Source: Escherichia coli (GTDB lineage Bacteria > Pseudomonadota > Gammaproteobacteria > Enterobacterales > Enterobacteriaceae). Taken from it: 64,000 bases of DNA. The translations under genes and the position numbers were made by a program. Shown one piece after another: positions 34,054-46,211 of the stretch. The stretch lies in assembly GCF_003018255.1 (NCBI RefSeq), contig NZ_CP027440.1; one strand, 5' to 3'. The stretch's first letter is position 1. Every line of letters begins with the position of its first letter. The notes beneath the pieces are model-generated. The model worked only from the letters and a program-made list of their open reading frames with translations. It had not been told where the DNA came from and made no database searches.

Positions 34054-35182
34054 ATTACCGCCGCTGAGTCTCTACATTCACATCCCGTGGTGCGTGCAGA
34101 AATGCCCGTACTGCGATTTCAACTCTCACGCGTTGAAAGGAGAAGTGCCGCACGACGATTATGTTCAGCATCTGCTTAACGATCTGGACAACGATGTGGC
34201 TTACGCTCAGGGCCGTGAAGTAAAGACAATCTTTATTGGCGGTGGTACGCCGAGCCTGCTTTCCGGCCCGGCGATGCAAACGCTGCTGGACGGCGTGCGT
34301 GCGCGTTTGCCGCTGGCAGCGGATGCAGAAATTACTATGGAAGCGAACCCTGGTACGGTAGAAGCCGATCGCTTTGTCGATTATCAGCGTGCTGGTGTAA
34401 ACCGCATCTCTATTGGTGTGCAGAGTTTTAGCGAAGAAAAGCTGAAACGACTTGGGCGCATTCATGGCCCGCAAGAAGCGAAACGAGCGGCAAAACTTGC
34501 AAGCGGGCTGGGGCTGCGTAGTTTTAACCTCGATTTGATGCATGGGCTGCCGGATCAATCACTGGAAGAGGCGCTTGGCGATCTGCGCCAGGCCATTGAA
34601 CTGAATCCGCCGCATCTTTCCTGGTATCAACTGACCATCGAACCTAATACGCTGTTTGGCTCGCGCCCTCCTGTACTGCCGGACGATGACGCGCTGTGGG
34701 ATATTTTCGAACAGGGGCATCAGTTATTAACCGCAGCGGGCTATCAGCAGTATGAAACATCCGCTTACGCCAAACCAGGTTATCAGTGCCAGCACAATCT
34801 CAACTACTGGCGATTTGGCGACTACATCGGTATTGGCTGCGGCGCGCACGGCAAAGTGACCTTCCCGGATGGGCGCATTCTGCGTACCACCAAAACGCGT
34901 CATCCGCGTGGTTTTATGCAGGGGCGGTATCTGGAAAGCCAGCGAGATGTCGAAGCCGCAGATAAACCATTTGAGTTCTTTATGAATCGCTTCCGTTTGC
35001 TGGAACCTGCGCCGCACGTGGAGTTTAGCCAGTATACTGGCCTTTCAGAAGAGGTTATTCGCCCACAGTTAGACGAGGCTATCGCTCAGGGTTATCTCAC
35101 AGAATGTGCGGATTACTGGCAGATAACGGAACATGGGAAGTTGTTTTTAAATTCGCTGCTGGAGCTTTTTCTGGCTGAGTAA
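34046..35182 (+). CDS. hemW: Radical-SAM haem chaperone
   Basis: 378 aa with CxxxCxxC radical-SAM motif in [14 protein letters not shown]; 8 nt overlap with rdgB. Confidence 0.85.
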
Positions 35183-35191
35183 ATTTGTATT

Positions 35192-35225
35192 GCCGGATGC
35201 GGCGTGTACGCAACATCCGGCTACA
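35192..35225. repeat. REP element
   Basis: gccggatgcggcgtgtacgcaacatccggc palindrome between convergent hemW and yggM. Confidence 0.4.
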
Positions 35226-35246
35226 ACTCTTGCGTCATCGCAAAAA

Positions 35247-36254
35247 TTACTTAATCACCCCATTGCGCCGCAGTTGTTCGGTATCTTTTTTCCAGCGTTC
35301 ATTAGCCTGGTTGATATCGTCAATTTTCATCAAAATCGCGACTTTTTTACTGTTTATTTCTGAAATTTTCATCGTTAACGGATATTGCCCTTTTTCGAGC
35401 GTTACCCAGTCATCCTGCAATTTACGGCTAAGTTTTTGTGATTGCAGAAAAGTCTGTCGCCGTTGTTCGTTGATATCGAAATCTCGCTTCTGCTGAATCG
35501 GCACTTCATAACACTCTTCACTCTGTTTATGACATGCCGCAATCGCCGGTTGATAAACCTCTTTGTCATATTTAACCGCGAACGCCTCGCTATCGTTCTG
35601 TTTATTAAACTCATCACGCTGTTGGTGAATTTTTTTAAAGGCGTCTTCGCGGGTCATTTGCTTACCGTTTGCATCTTTTCCCCAATATGCATCCGCTGCT
35701 TTCTGCGCCGCCACCATTTGCTTATCAAGCGCTTTCACTTCCTTTTCCAGCGCAGGAATCGAGTTCTTCTGGGTATTCAACGCTGATTCAAGCTGACTAA
35801 AGCGATAATTGAAATCTTCGCTATTCACGATCAGATATTTATTATTCGTTTTGATATCGTCGACCACCCGCCCACGATCGCTGGCTGCCGCCTGAAAAGA
35901 GTAAAAGTTCACCGACCAGCCAGACGTGGGCGTTCCTTTACTGGTTAACATCGCCGAGAATTTTACCGGTTTATCTTTCGTCCAGGTCTGTTCGAGCAGT
36001 TCGTAATCTGCCAACTGACCGACCCAGGTATAGAGATCGTCACTGGAAGAGACATCGCCTTCCGCTGACCAGGTGGCCTGATTACCCTTAGCATCAAGAT
36101 TTTTTAAGGTGATGGCATCAAGCTTGAGAATGCCGTGATACTGCTTTTTGAATTGATCTTTTAAGATATTTTCAGTTGGCGGTTCACCATCAGCCCGGAC
36201 ATTACCAGTCATCAACATAAGCAGCGCCGTACCAACAATCCATTGCTTTTTCAC
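35247..36254 (-). CDS. yggM: Periplasmic DUF1202 protein
   Basis: 335 aa with signal peptide MKKQWIVGTALLMLMTGNVRA. Confidence 0.8.
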   Translation of the reverse strand: MKKQWIVGTALLMLMTGNVRADGEPPTENILKDQFKKQYHGILKLDAITLKNLDAKGNQATWSAEGDVSSSDDLYTWVGQLADYELLEQTWTKDKPVKFSAMLTSKGTPTSGWSVNFYSFQAAASDRGRVVDDIKTNNKYLIVNSEDFNYRFSQLESALNTQKNSIPALEKEVKALDKQMVAAQKAADAYWGKDANGKQMTREDAFKKIHQQRDEFNKQNDSEAFAVKYDKEVYQPAIAACHKQSEECYEVPIQQKRDFDINEQRRQTFLQSQKLSRKLQDDWVTLEKGQYPLTMKISEINSKKVAILMKIDDINQANERWKKDTEQLRRNGVIK

Positions 36255-36370
36255 CCGAAAACCCTCGCGCGGAATAATTTATTCCAGTGATTATCATCAG
36301 GGTAATAAAAATTGGCAATGGACGTGAGTCTGAAGTGAATAAGCCCCGGCACGATACCGGGGCGAAGTGA

Positions 36371-37417
36371 TTAGTACTGATTGAAGATCTGCTGGATCTG
36401 CTGCGGATCTTTGGTTTGCGTCAGAGCCAGTTGCAGCAGAACGCGCGCTTTTTGCGGGTTCAGCGTGCCGGAGGCCACGAAGCCGTATTTCGCATCATCC
36501 ACTTCAGCATCCTGAGTGGTAGCGCCCGTCGGTACGCGGGAAGAACGCACGACTGCAGTGCCGTTTTTCGCGGCGGTTGCCAGGGTGTCGAACACGGATT
36601 TATACAGGTTACCATTACCCACACCAGCGCTAACGATGCCATCATAGCCCGCATCTACCAGTGCTTTAGCCGGAAGATCGGATGCGTTAGCGTAGTTATA
36701 AACGATGCCGACTTTCGGCAGCTCATTCAGCTTAGAGACATCGAATGGCGTATCGCTGGTGTGCTTACGTGCCGGGGTACGTTGGTAGTCAATCTTACCG
36801 TTGTGAATGTAACCCAGAGGACCGTAGTTAACAGACTTGAAGGTCGCTACGTCGGTGGTGTTGGTTTTGGTGACATCGCGACCGTCCAGTACGGTGTCGT
36901 TCATCACCACCAGCACGCCACGATTAGCGGAGGCTTTATCAACTGCGGTCACTACCGCGTTATACAGGTTGAATGGACCGTCTGCGCTCATGGACGTGGA
37001 CGGACGCATTGCGCCGACCATCACCACCGGTTTGTCGCATTTCACCGTCAGGTCGAGGAAGTAAGCGGTTTCTTCCATCGTGTCGGTACCGTGGGTAATG
37101 ACGAAGCCGTCAGTTTTATCGCAGTCGGTGTTAATTTTTTTCGCCAGTGTCAGCCAGACATCATCGTTCATGTCCTGGGAGCCAATATTCACTACCTGCT
37201 CGCCTTTAACGTTCGCAATGTCCTTCAGTTGCGGCACCGCATTAACCAGATTTTCTACGCCAACTTTACCCGCTGTGTAGTTAGATTTGGTTGCGGAGTC
37301 ACCACCACCGGCAATGGTCCCGCCGGTTGCTAAAATGGTGATATTGGGTAATGCCAATGCTGCACCACTAAAACCCATAACCAGTGCGGCAAGTGCCGTC
37401 TTTTTGAAAAACTCCAT
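36371..37417 (-). CDS. ansB: Periplasmic L-asparaginase II
   Basis: 348 aa with signal peptide MEFFKKTALAALVMGFSGAALA and catalytic TGGTIAG motif. Confidence 0.9.
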   Translation of the reverse strand: MEFFKKTALAALVMGFSGAALALPNITILATGGTIAGGGDSATKSNYTAGKVGVENLVNAVPQLKDIANVKGEQVVNIGSQDMNDDVWLTLAKKINTDCDKTDGFVITHGTDTMEETAYFLDLTVKCDKPVVMVGAMRPSTSMSADGPFNLYNAVVTAVDKASANRGVLVVMNDTVLDGRDVTKTNTTDVATFKSVNYGPLGYIHNGKIDYQRTPARKHTSDTPFDVSKLNELPKVGIVYNYANASDLPAKALVDAGYDGIVSAGVGNGNLYKSVFDTLATAAKNGTAVVRSSRVPTGATTQDAEVDDAKYGFVASGTLNPQKARVLLQLALTQTKDPQQIQQIFNQY

Positions 37418-37553
37418 TTCATTCCTCCAGTTACGTGAACGCTACGCATTATCCCTTAGCTTTGTATGGGAAATTTGACGTTAAACAATTTACAACGTGA
37501 ATATATTTTGGAGATCTACAAAGTTAGAGGCAGGTAACAAAACGAAGAATTAA

Positions 37554-37578
37554 ACGGCATAAAAAAGTATTATGCCGT
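37554..37578 (-). terminator. Hairpin downstream of yggN, possible terminator
   Basis: Perfect inverted repeat acggcataa ... ttatgccgt, 15 nt below the yggN stop. Confidence 0.35.
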
Positions 37579-37592
37579 CTTAAAATAGAGGA

Positions 37593-38312
37593 TTATTTTA
37601 AATTCCCGACCAGGGCTTTGCGGCTATCTTCCAGAGTCACAACGCGGCTACAAACATCTTTGCCAAACTGCTGGAAATCTTTTTCCTGCTTTTTCCATTC
37701 GGTTTGGATTGAGGATTGCAGACCGCCCAGGCTTCCCAGCACGTTCTGTAATGGGTTACCGCCGCTTTTCAGCACCGCTTTCGCGCCCATTTCATTAATG
37801 CTGTCCTGTAAAATTCCGCCCATTGCCTGATTCACTAATTGCTGGCCTTCGGCACGAACCTGATCAATGGCTTTATAGTGAAACGTCAGGCCATCGCTGC
37901 GCGTTTCGATAATGCGGTTCATCTGCTCTTTCAGCTGCGCATCAAGTTTGGTCAGACGGCTGCGCATTTTGCTGCTTTCGCCCATCTCCTGAACGATAAT
38001 TTTATCCAGCGCAATACGGGCTTTTTCGACGCGGCTTTTCGCGCCTTCATCAATCCACGGCAGGGTGCTACGTAGTTCAGCCTGATAATCCTTCGCCTGC
38101 TCGCGCTGGGCGGCATTCAGGGAATATTGCTTACCGTTATACATCACGTTGCCGTCTGGCGTGATCACCAGATTGCCGTTTTCGCCCTTCACCTGCACGG
38201 TTTGCGGGCTGACAATCACATCGTCACGCGGCGTGACGCTGCACTGGTAGTCGGCGTGAGCGGTCATTGCCGTCACTGAAAGTGCTGCCGACAGCAGCAT
38301 TTTGCGCATCAT
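37593..38312 (-). CDS. yggN: Periplasmic DUF2884 protein
   Basis: 239 aa with signal peptide MMRKMLLSAALSVTAMTAHA. Confidence 0.8.
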   Translation of the reverse strand: MMRKMLLSAALSVTAMTAHADYQCSVTPRDDVIVSPQTVQVKGENGNLVITPDGNVMYNGKQYSLNAAQREQAKDYQAELRSTLPWIDEGAKSRVEKARIALDKIIVQEMGESSKMRSRLTKLDAQLKEQMNRIIETRSDGLTFHYKAIDQVRAEGQQLVNQAMGGILQDSINEMGAKAVLKSGGNPLQNVLGSLGGLQSSIQTEWKKQEKDFQQFGKDVCSRVVTLEDSRKALVGNLK

Positions 38313-38384
38313 AGTCTTCCCTCAAGAACAAATCAGGCCAGCATTTGCTGGCCCCAGATTGATAACAAAGTGCGCGTTTTCCAT

Positions 38385-38465
38385 GCCGGATGCGGCGTAA
38401 ACGCCTTATCCAGCCTACTCGATCGTGCATCTTTATAGGCCTGATAAGCGTAGCACATCAGGCAG
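38385..38465. repeat. Pair of REP elements (BIME)
   Basis: gccggatgcggcgtaaacgccttatccagcctac and ataggcctgataagcgtagcacatcaggc between yggN and yggL. Confidence 0.45.
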
Positions 38466-38495
38466 TTTTGCATTTGTCATCGCCCGTATGCTTTC

Positions 38496-38822
38496 TTAGT
38501 CCCACCAAACGTCGAAAAGTTCGCTGGTGCGTACCTCGCCCAGTTTGCGCTCTTCCAGCCACTTACGCACAATCGCCTGATGTTCTTCGGTGCATTTGCC
38601 GATTTCCTGCATGCAGATCAGACCTTCCCAGGCCAGATAACCGCTGCCGTCAAAGGCCAGTTTGTTCGGTTCGATAACCTCGTTAATAAAGTCATCAACG
38701 GTTTTATCAATCTGTTCTTCCGATGTACCTTCCGGGAATCGCCATGCCACCGAAAATCCTAATTCCTGGAATTCGTCGATGTGCATTTTTTTACGCAGAC
38801 GACGGCTACGGTTCTTTGCCAT
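38496..38822 (-). CDS. yggL: DUF469 protein (ribosome-associated YggL)
   Basis: ORF track 38496..38852 trimmed to the ATG giving [22 protein letters not shown] (108 aa); TAATG overlap with trmB stop. Confidence 0.8.
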   Translation of the reverse strand: MAKNRSRRLRKKMHIDEFQELGFSVAWRFPEGTSEEQIDKTVDDFINEVIEPNKLAFDGSGYLAWEGLICMQEIGKCTEEHQAIVRKWLEERKLGEVRTSELFDVWWD

Positions 38823-39541
38823 TATTTCACCCTCTCGAACATTAAGTCCCATACTCCGTGACCAAGACGATGACCACGTTGTTCAAATTTCGTCACCGGA
38901 CGTGATGCCGGACGCGGTACGTAATCATTGCTCTCTGACAGGTTTTTATAACCGTCAATAGAAGACATCACTTCAAGCATATGTTCCGCATAAGGTTCCC
39001 AGTCGGTCGCCATATGGAATACGCCCCCCAGTTGCAGTTTGCTTTTTACCAGTTCGGCAAACGGCACCTGAACGATACGGCGTTTATTATGGCGCGCTTT
39101 GTGCCACGGGTCAGGGAAAAAGAGCTGCACCATGCGCAATGAATTGTCAGGAATCATTTTATGCAGCACTTCAACCGCATCGTGACACATCACGCGCAGG
39201 TTGCTTAAGCCCTCTTCATGCGCAGAAGACAGGCACGCACCAACGCCCGGTGAATGCACTTCAATGCCGAGGAAGTCCTGCTCGGGGCGATCTTTAGCCA
39301 TTGCCACCAGCGACGCCCCCATGCCGAAACCAATCTCAAGCGTCACCGGCGCTTCACGGCCAAAAAGCGCAGGGAAATCCAGCATATCTTCGCTGAACTC
39401 AACGCCCATCACCGGCCAGTAGTTTTCCAGCGCATGTTCCTGGCCTTTGGTCAGTCGCCCCTGGCGGCGCACAAAACTACGGATACGGCGCAGTGGGCGG
39501 CCGTTTTCATCAAATTCCGGTGAGATGACGTCGTTTTTCAT
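38822..39541 (-). CDS. trmB: tRNA (guanine46-N7)-methyltransferase
   Basis: 239 aa [37 protein letters not shown], class I SAM-methyltransferase. Confidence 0.85.
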   Translation of the reverse strand: MKNDVISPEFDENGRPLRRIRSFVRRQGRLTKGQEHALENYWPVMGVEFSEDMLDFPALFGREAPVTLEIGFGMGASLVAMAKDRPEQDFLGIEVHSPGVGACLSSAHEEGLSNLRVMCHDAVEVLHKMIPDNSLRMVQLFFPDPWHKARHNKRRIVQVPFAELVKSKLQLGGVFHMATDWEPYAEHMLEVMSSIDGYKNLSESNDYVPRPASRPVTKFEQRGHRLGHGVWDLMFERVK

Positions 39542-39701
39542 AAAGATTTAGTCGCTTGTGAAAGTGTTCTGAAAACGGGCATTATCCAAAGTTAGTTGCC
39601 GGATGCAAGCATGATAAGGCCGTGGCTGCGGAAAGTTCCGGTTTACACCCTGCCGTCGCTGTGCTGCAATCTTGCCCCCAACAACAGTGAATTCGGTGAC
39701 C

Positions 39702-40754
39702 ATGCAAGCGTCGCAATTTTCAGCCCAGGTTCTGGACTGGTACGATAAATACGGGCGGAAAACGCTGCCCTGGCAAATTGACAAGACGCCCTACAAAGTA
39801 TGGCTCTCAGAAGTGATGTTGCAACAAACTCAGGTTGCGACCGTTATCCCCTATTTTGAACGCTTTATGGCGCGCTTCCCAACGGTGACCGATCTCGCCA
39901 ATGCGCCGCTCGACGAAGTTCTCCACTTGTGGACCGGGCTTGGCTATTACGCCCGCGCGCGCAATCTGCATAAAGCGGCACAGCAAGTGGCGACCTTACA
40001 CGGCGGTAAATTCCCGGAAACCTTTGAAGAAGTCGCGGCGTTACCGGGCGTCGGGCGTTCCACCGCCGGCGCGATTCTCTCGCTTTCTCTGGGTAAGCAC
40101 TTTCCGATTCTCGACGGTAACGTCAAACGGGTGCTGGCGCGCTGCTATGCTGTAAGCGGCTGGCCTGGGAAAAAAGAGGTCGAGAATAAACTGTGGAGTT
40201 TGAGCGAGCAGGTGACGCCCGCGGTCGGCGTGGAGCGGTTTAATCAGGCGATGATGGATTTGGGCGCGATGATTTGCACGCGCTCGAAGCCGAAATGTTC
40301 GCTCTGTCCGCTACAAAACGGATGTATTGCCGCCGCCAACAATAGCTGGTCGCTTTATCCGGGCAAAAAACCGAAACAGACGCTGCCAGAGCGCACCGGC
40401 TATTTTTTGCTGTTACAGCACGAAGATGAAGTATTGCTGGCGCAGCGTCCGCCGAGTGGATTGTGGGGCGGTTTATACTGTTTCCCGCAGTTTGCCGATG
40501 AAGAAAGTTTGCGGCAGTGGCTGGCGCAACGACAGATTGCTGCCGATAACCTGACGCAGCTGACCGCGTTTCGGCATACCTTCAGCCATTTCCACTTAGA
40601 TATTGTGCCTATGTGGCTTCCCGTGTCGTCATTCACCGGCTGCATGGATGAAGACAATGCGCTCTGGTATAACTTAGCGCAACCGCCGTCAGTTGGCCTG
40701 GCGGCTCCCGTGGAGCGTTTGTTACAGCAGTTACGCACTGGCGCGCCGGTTTAG
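39702..40754 (+). CDS. mutY: Adenine DNA glycosylase
   Basis: ORF track 39672..40754 trimmed to the ATG giving [25 protein letters not shown] (350 aa); HhH-GPD motif and CxxxxxxCxxCxxxxxC [4Fe-4S] cluster loop. Confidence 0.9.
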   Translation: MQASQFSAQVLDWYDKYGRKTLPWQIDKTPYKVWLSEVMLQQTQVATVIPYFERFMARFPTVTDLANAPLDEVLHLWTGLGYYARARNLHKAAQQVATLHGGKFPETFEEVAALPGVGRSTAGAILSLSLGKHFPILDGNVKRVLARCYAVSGWPGKKEVENKLWSLSEQVTPAVGVERFNQAMMDLGAMICTRSKPKCSLCPLQNGCIAAANNSWSLYPGKKPKQTLPERTGYFLLLQHEDEVLLAQRPPSGLWGGLYCFPQFADEESLRQWLAQRQIAADNLTQLTAFRHTFSHFHLDIVPMWLPVSSFTGCMDEDNALWYNLAQPPSVGLAAPVERLLQQLRTGAPV

Positions 40755-40778
40755 CGCGTGAGTCGATAAAGAGGATGA

Positions 40779-41057
<279 letters not shown>

Positions 41058-41094
41058 AAACAGTGCCGGAGCACGCCTCCGGCAACTTGCATAA

Positions 41095-42201
<1,107 letters not shown>

Positions 42202-42402
42202 TTCCACTAACCGCCCCTGACGATGCTCAGGGGCAAAAATGTTATCCACATCACAATTTCGTTTTGCAAATTGGGAATGTTTGCAATTATTTGCCACAGG
42301 TAACAAAAAACCAGTCCGGGAAGTTGATAGAATCCCATCATCTCGCACGGTCAAATGTGCTTTTTCAAACACTCATCCGCATCACGATGTGAGGAAATTA
42401 AC

Positions 42403-43659
42403 ATGAATCTTAAGCTGCAGCTGAAAATCCTCTCTTTTCTGCAGTTCTGTCTGTGGGGAAGTTGGCTGACGACCCTCGGCTCCTATATGTTTGTTACCCT
42501 GAAGTTTGACGGTGCTTCTATTGGCGCAGTTTATAGCTCACTGGGTATCGCCGCGGTATTTATGCCTGCGCTGCTGGGGATTGTGGCCGACAAATGGTTA
42601 AGTGCGAAATGGGTATATGCCATTTGCCACACCATTGGCGCTATCACGCTGTTCATGGCAGCACAGGTCACGACGCCGGAAGCGATGTTCCTTGTGATAT
42701 TGATTAACTCGTTTGCTTATATGCCAACGCTTGGGTTAATCAACACCATCTCTTACTATCGCCTGCAAAATGCCGGGATGGATATCGTTACTGACTTCCC
42801 GCCAATTCGTATCTGGGGCACCATCGGCTTTATCATGGCAATGTGGGTGGTGAGCCTGTCTGGCTTCGAATTAAGCCACATGCAGCTGTATATTGGCGCA
42901 GCACTTTCCGCCATTCTGGTTCTGTTTACCCTGACTCTGCCGCATATTCCGGTTGCTAAACAGCAAGCGAATCAGAGCTGGACAACCCTGCTGGGCCTCG
43001 ATGCATTCGCGCTGTTTAAAAACAAGCGTATGGCAATCTTCTTCATCTTCTCAATGCTGCTGGGCGCGGAACTGCAGATTACCAACATGTTCGGTAATAC
43101 CTTCCTGCACAGCTTCGACAAAGATCCGATGTTTGCCAGCAGCTTCATCGTGCAGCATGCGTCAATCATCATGTCGATTTCGCAGATCTCTGAAACCCTG
43201 TTCATTCTGACTATCCCGTTCTTCTTAAGCCGCTACGGTATTAAGAACGTAATGATGATCAGTATTGTGGCGTGGATCCTGCGTTTTGCGCTGTTTGCTT
43301 ACGGCGACCCGACTCCGTTCGGTACCGTGCTGCTGGTACTGTCGATGATCGTTTACGGTTGCGCATTCGACTTCTTCAACATCTCTGGTTCGGTGTTTGT
43401 CGAAAAAGAAGTTAGCCCGGCAATTCGCGCCAGTGCGCAAGGGATGTTCCTGATGATGACTAACGGCTTCGGCTGTATCCTTGGCGGCATCGTGAGCGGT
43501 AAAGTGGTTGAGATGTACACCCAAAACGGCATTACCGACTGGCAGACCGTATGGTTGATTTTCGCTGGTTACTCCGTGGTTCTGGCCTTCGCGTTCATGG
43601 CGATGTTCAAATATAAACACGTTCGTGTCCCGACAGGCACACAGACGGTGAGCCACTAA
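42403..43659 (+). CDS. nupG: Nucleoside:H+ symporter (MFS)
   Basis: ORF track 42355..43659 trimmed to ATG 42403 (GAGGAA upstream) giving MNLKLQLKILSFLQFCLWGSWLTTLGSYMF (418 aa). Confidence 0.9.
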   Translation: MNLKLQLKILSFLQFCLWGSWLTTLGSYMFVTLKFDGASIGAVYSSLGIAAVFMPALLGIVADKWLSAKWVYAICHTIGAITLFMAAQVTTPEAMFLVILINSFAYMPTLGLINTISYYRLQNAGMDIVTDFPPIRIWGTIGFIMAMWVVSLSGFELSHMQLYIGAALSAILVLFTLTLPHIPVAKQQANQSWTTLLGLDAFALFKNKRMAIFFIFSMLLGAELQITNMFGNTFLHSFDKDPMFASSFIVQHASIIMSISQISETLFILTIPFFLSRYGIKNVMMISIVAWILRFALFAYGDPTPFGTVLLVLSMIVYGCAFDFFNISGSVFVEKEVSPAIRASAQGMFLMMTNGFGCILGGIVSGKVVEMYTQNGITDWQTVWLIFAGYSVVLAFAFMAMFKYKHVRVPTGTQTVSH

Positions 43660-43663
43660 TTAC

Positions 43664-43703
43664 GCAAAAAAAAACGGGTCGCCAGAAGGTGACCCGTTTT
43701 TTT
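43664..43703. terminator. Bidirectional rho-independent terminator (nupG / speC)
   Basis: Hairpin aacgggtcgcc-agaa-ggtgacccgtt flanked by a 9-nt A-run and 7-nt T-run between convergent genes. Confidence 0.5.
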
Positions 43704-43704
43704 A

Positions 43705-45840
43705 TTACTTCAACACATAACCGTACAATCGTTTCATGCCATCTGCATCGGTTTCGCTATAAACACCTTGCAGCTCCGGCGAAAATCCCGGCAATAAATT
43801 CACCCCTTCTTCCAGCGCAATGAAATAACGTTGAACCGCCCCACCCCAGACTTCTCCGGGTACCACGCAAAGCACGCCTGGTGGATAAGGCAACGCCCCT
43901 TCTGCCGCAATTCGCCCTTCGGCATCACGAATCCGCACCAACTCCACTTCACCGCGAATATAAGCGCTATGCGCATCCTGGGGATTCATCACCACTGACG
44001 GGAAACTCTGCTGGCGGAACATCGCTTTTTGTAGGTCTTTGACGTCGAAACTGACATACAGATCGTGCATCTCCTGACACAACTGGCGCAGGGTGTAGTC
44101 GCGATAGCGCACCGGATATTTGTTATAAACGCTCGGCAACACCTCAACCAGCGGCGAGTCATCCTCAATATGCTGTTCAAATTGCGCCAGCATCGCCACC
44201 AGTTGTGCCAGCTTCTCGTGGCTTTCCGCCGGCGTTAATAAGAACAGAATGGAGTTGAGATCGCACTTCTCCGGCACAATGCCGTTCTCACGCAGATAGT
44301 GCGCCAGAATCGTCGCCGGAACGCCAAAGTCGCTATATTCGCCGGTTTCAGCATCGATACCTGGTGTAGTGAGTAACAGCTTGCACGGATCAACAAAATA
44401 CTGATCCGCGGCATATCCTTCAAAGCCGTGCCACTTCGCCCCCGGCTCAAAACTGAAAAAACGACGGTCGCTGGCTAACACTGATGTCGGATAATCCTGC
44501 CACAATTTGCCATCAACAACGGGCGGGATAAACGGGCGGAACAGCTTACAGTGCGCAAGAATCGCCTTGCGCGCTTCAATCCCTATCTCAACGCACTCCG
44601 CCCACAGCCGACGCCCACTCTCCCCTTCATGAATTTTGGCGTTAACGTCCAGTGCAGCAAACAGCGGATAGAACGGGCTGGTAGAAGCATGGAGCATAAA
44701 GGCATTATTCAACCGCTTATGCGGGCAAAAACGCGCCTGTCCGCGGATATGGTTATCTTTTTTATGGATCTGCGACGTCTGTGAGAATCCCGCCTGCTGT
44801 TTGTGCACCGACTGGGTCACAAAAATCCCCGGATCGTTTTCGTTAAGTTCTAACAGCAGCGGCGAGCTATCCGCCATCATCGGGATAAACTGTTCGTAAC
44901 CGACCCACGCGGAATCAAACAGAATGTAATCACACAGATGCCCAACGGTATCGACCACCTGACGGGCGTTATAGACAGTGCCGTCATAGGTTCCCAGCTG
45001 AATAATCGCCAGGCGAAACGGGCGCGGCAACTCCGCTTTTTCTGGCGCAACGTCGCGAATTTGCTGGCGCAGATACTCTTCATTAAAACAGTGCGCATCA
45101 ATACCGCCAATGAAACCAAACGGGTTACGTGAAGCTTCCAGATAAACCGGCGTCGCCCCCGCCTGAATCAGCGCGCCGTGATGATTCGACTTATGGTTGT
45201 TACGGTCGAAGAGCACCAGATCGCCACGCGTTAACAGCGCATTCGTCACTACTTTATTCGCTGCCGATGTGCCGTTCAGCACAAAATAGGTTTTATCGGC
45301 ATGAAAGACTTTGGCTGCGAATTTCTGCGCATCTTTCGCCGATCCTTCATGAATAAGCAGATCGCCCAATTTTACGTCAGCGTTACACATATCGGCGCGA
45401 AAGATGTTCTCACCAAAGAAATCGTAAAAATGGCGTCCGGCAGGATGCTTTTTAAAGAACGCACCATGTTGATGTCCAGGGCAAGCAAAGGTGCTGTTGC
45501 CCATCTCAACGTACTGCGTCAGCGTGTCATAAAACGGTGGCAGCAAATTCTCTTCATACTGACAGGCTGCGGATTCCAGCTCCAGCCACTGCTGCTCGTT
45601 GCCGTTGATTACCGCCGTAACGCCCGCAGGTAATTCAACAACATGTTCGGAATACAAAAACACCGGTAGATGAAAACCGGTGCGCTTAAGCAACGCAAGA
45701 ATGCCACTGCGGCTATCCGCAGCGGTAATGACGACTGCCGCGACGTCCGTAAAATCAGTATCTCCCAACGCCACCACGCGGCGATGAGTAGAAAGTCGGG
45801 ATACCAGTTCACTACTGGCGGCAATATTCATTGATTTCAT
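43705..45840 (-). CDS. speC: Constitutive ornithine decarboxylase
   Basis: ORF track 43705..45924 trimmed to the ATG giving MKSMNIAASSELVSRLSTHRRVVALGDTDF (711 aa). Confidence 0.9.
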   Translation of the reverse strand: MKSMNIAASSELVSRLSTHRRVVALGDTDFTDVAAVVITAADSRSGILALLKRTGFHLPVFLYSEHVVELPAGVTAVINGNEQQWLELESAACQYEENLLPPFYDTLTQYVEMGNSTFACPGHQHGAFFKKHPAGRHFYDFFGENIFRADMCNADVKLGDLLIHEGSAKDAQKFAAKVFHADKTYFVLNGTSAANKVVTNALLTRGDLVLFDRNNHKSNHHGALIQAGATPVYLEASRNPFGFIGGIDAHCFNEEYLRQQIRDVAPEKAELPRPFRLAIIQLGTYDGTVYNARQVVDTVGHLCDYILFDSAWVGYEQFIPMMADSSPLLLELNENDPGIFVTQSVHKQQAGFSQTSQIHKKDNHIRGQARFCPHKRLNNAFMLHASTSPFYPLFAALDVNAKIHEGESGRRLWAECVEIGIEARKAILAHCKLFRPFIPPVVDGKLWQDYPTSVLASDRRFFSFEPGAKWHGFEGYAADQYFVDPCKLLLTTPGIDAETGEYSDFGVPATILAHYLRENGIVPEKCDLNSILFLLTPAESHEKLAQLVAMLAQFEQHIEDDSPLVEVLPSVYNKYPVRYRDYTLRQLCQEMHDLYVSFDVKDLQKAMFRQQSFPSVVMNPQDAHSAYIRGEVELVRIRDAEGRIAAEGALPYPPGVLCVVPGEVWGGAVQRYFIALEEGVNLLPGFSPELQGVYSETDADGMKRLYGYVLK

Positions 45841-46211
45841 AAGCGCAAAACCCGTTTCGGGGAAGTAAGAATACCGGACAAGGTGTAAAACCCTGCCCCA
45901 TGAGATATGGGTCAAACTGGTCACCAGCTCCGACCGCCAGACATCAGTAAAAGCAGAAACGCTCTGATTTTACTGTTGTCCTGCAGTGAGCGTGCGTTAA
46001 CTTCACCGCATGAGCAGAAAAGGGAAGGAGTTTCGCGCGAAACGGCGATAAGCGAGAGAATGTAAGGAGGTGGAGTGCATCGAGCAAACTCCGTACAGAG
46101 AGGAGAAAATTCGCGCAATCATGGCACCTTTCACCAGAGCGTGCAAGCCAGGACTTTGCGAACAAACAAGCCATCGAAGGTGCCAAACGGTCATAATAAG
46201 AAAATCAGACA

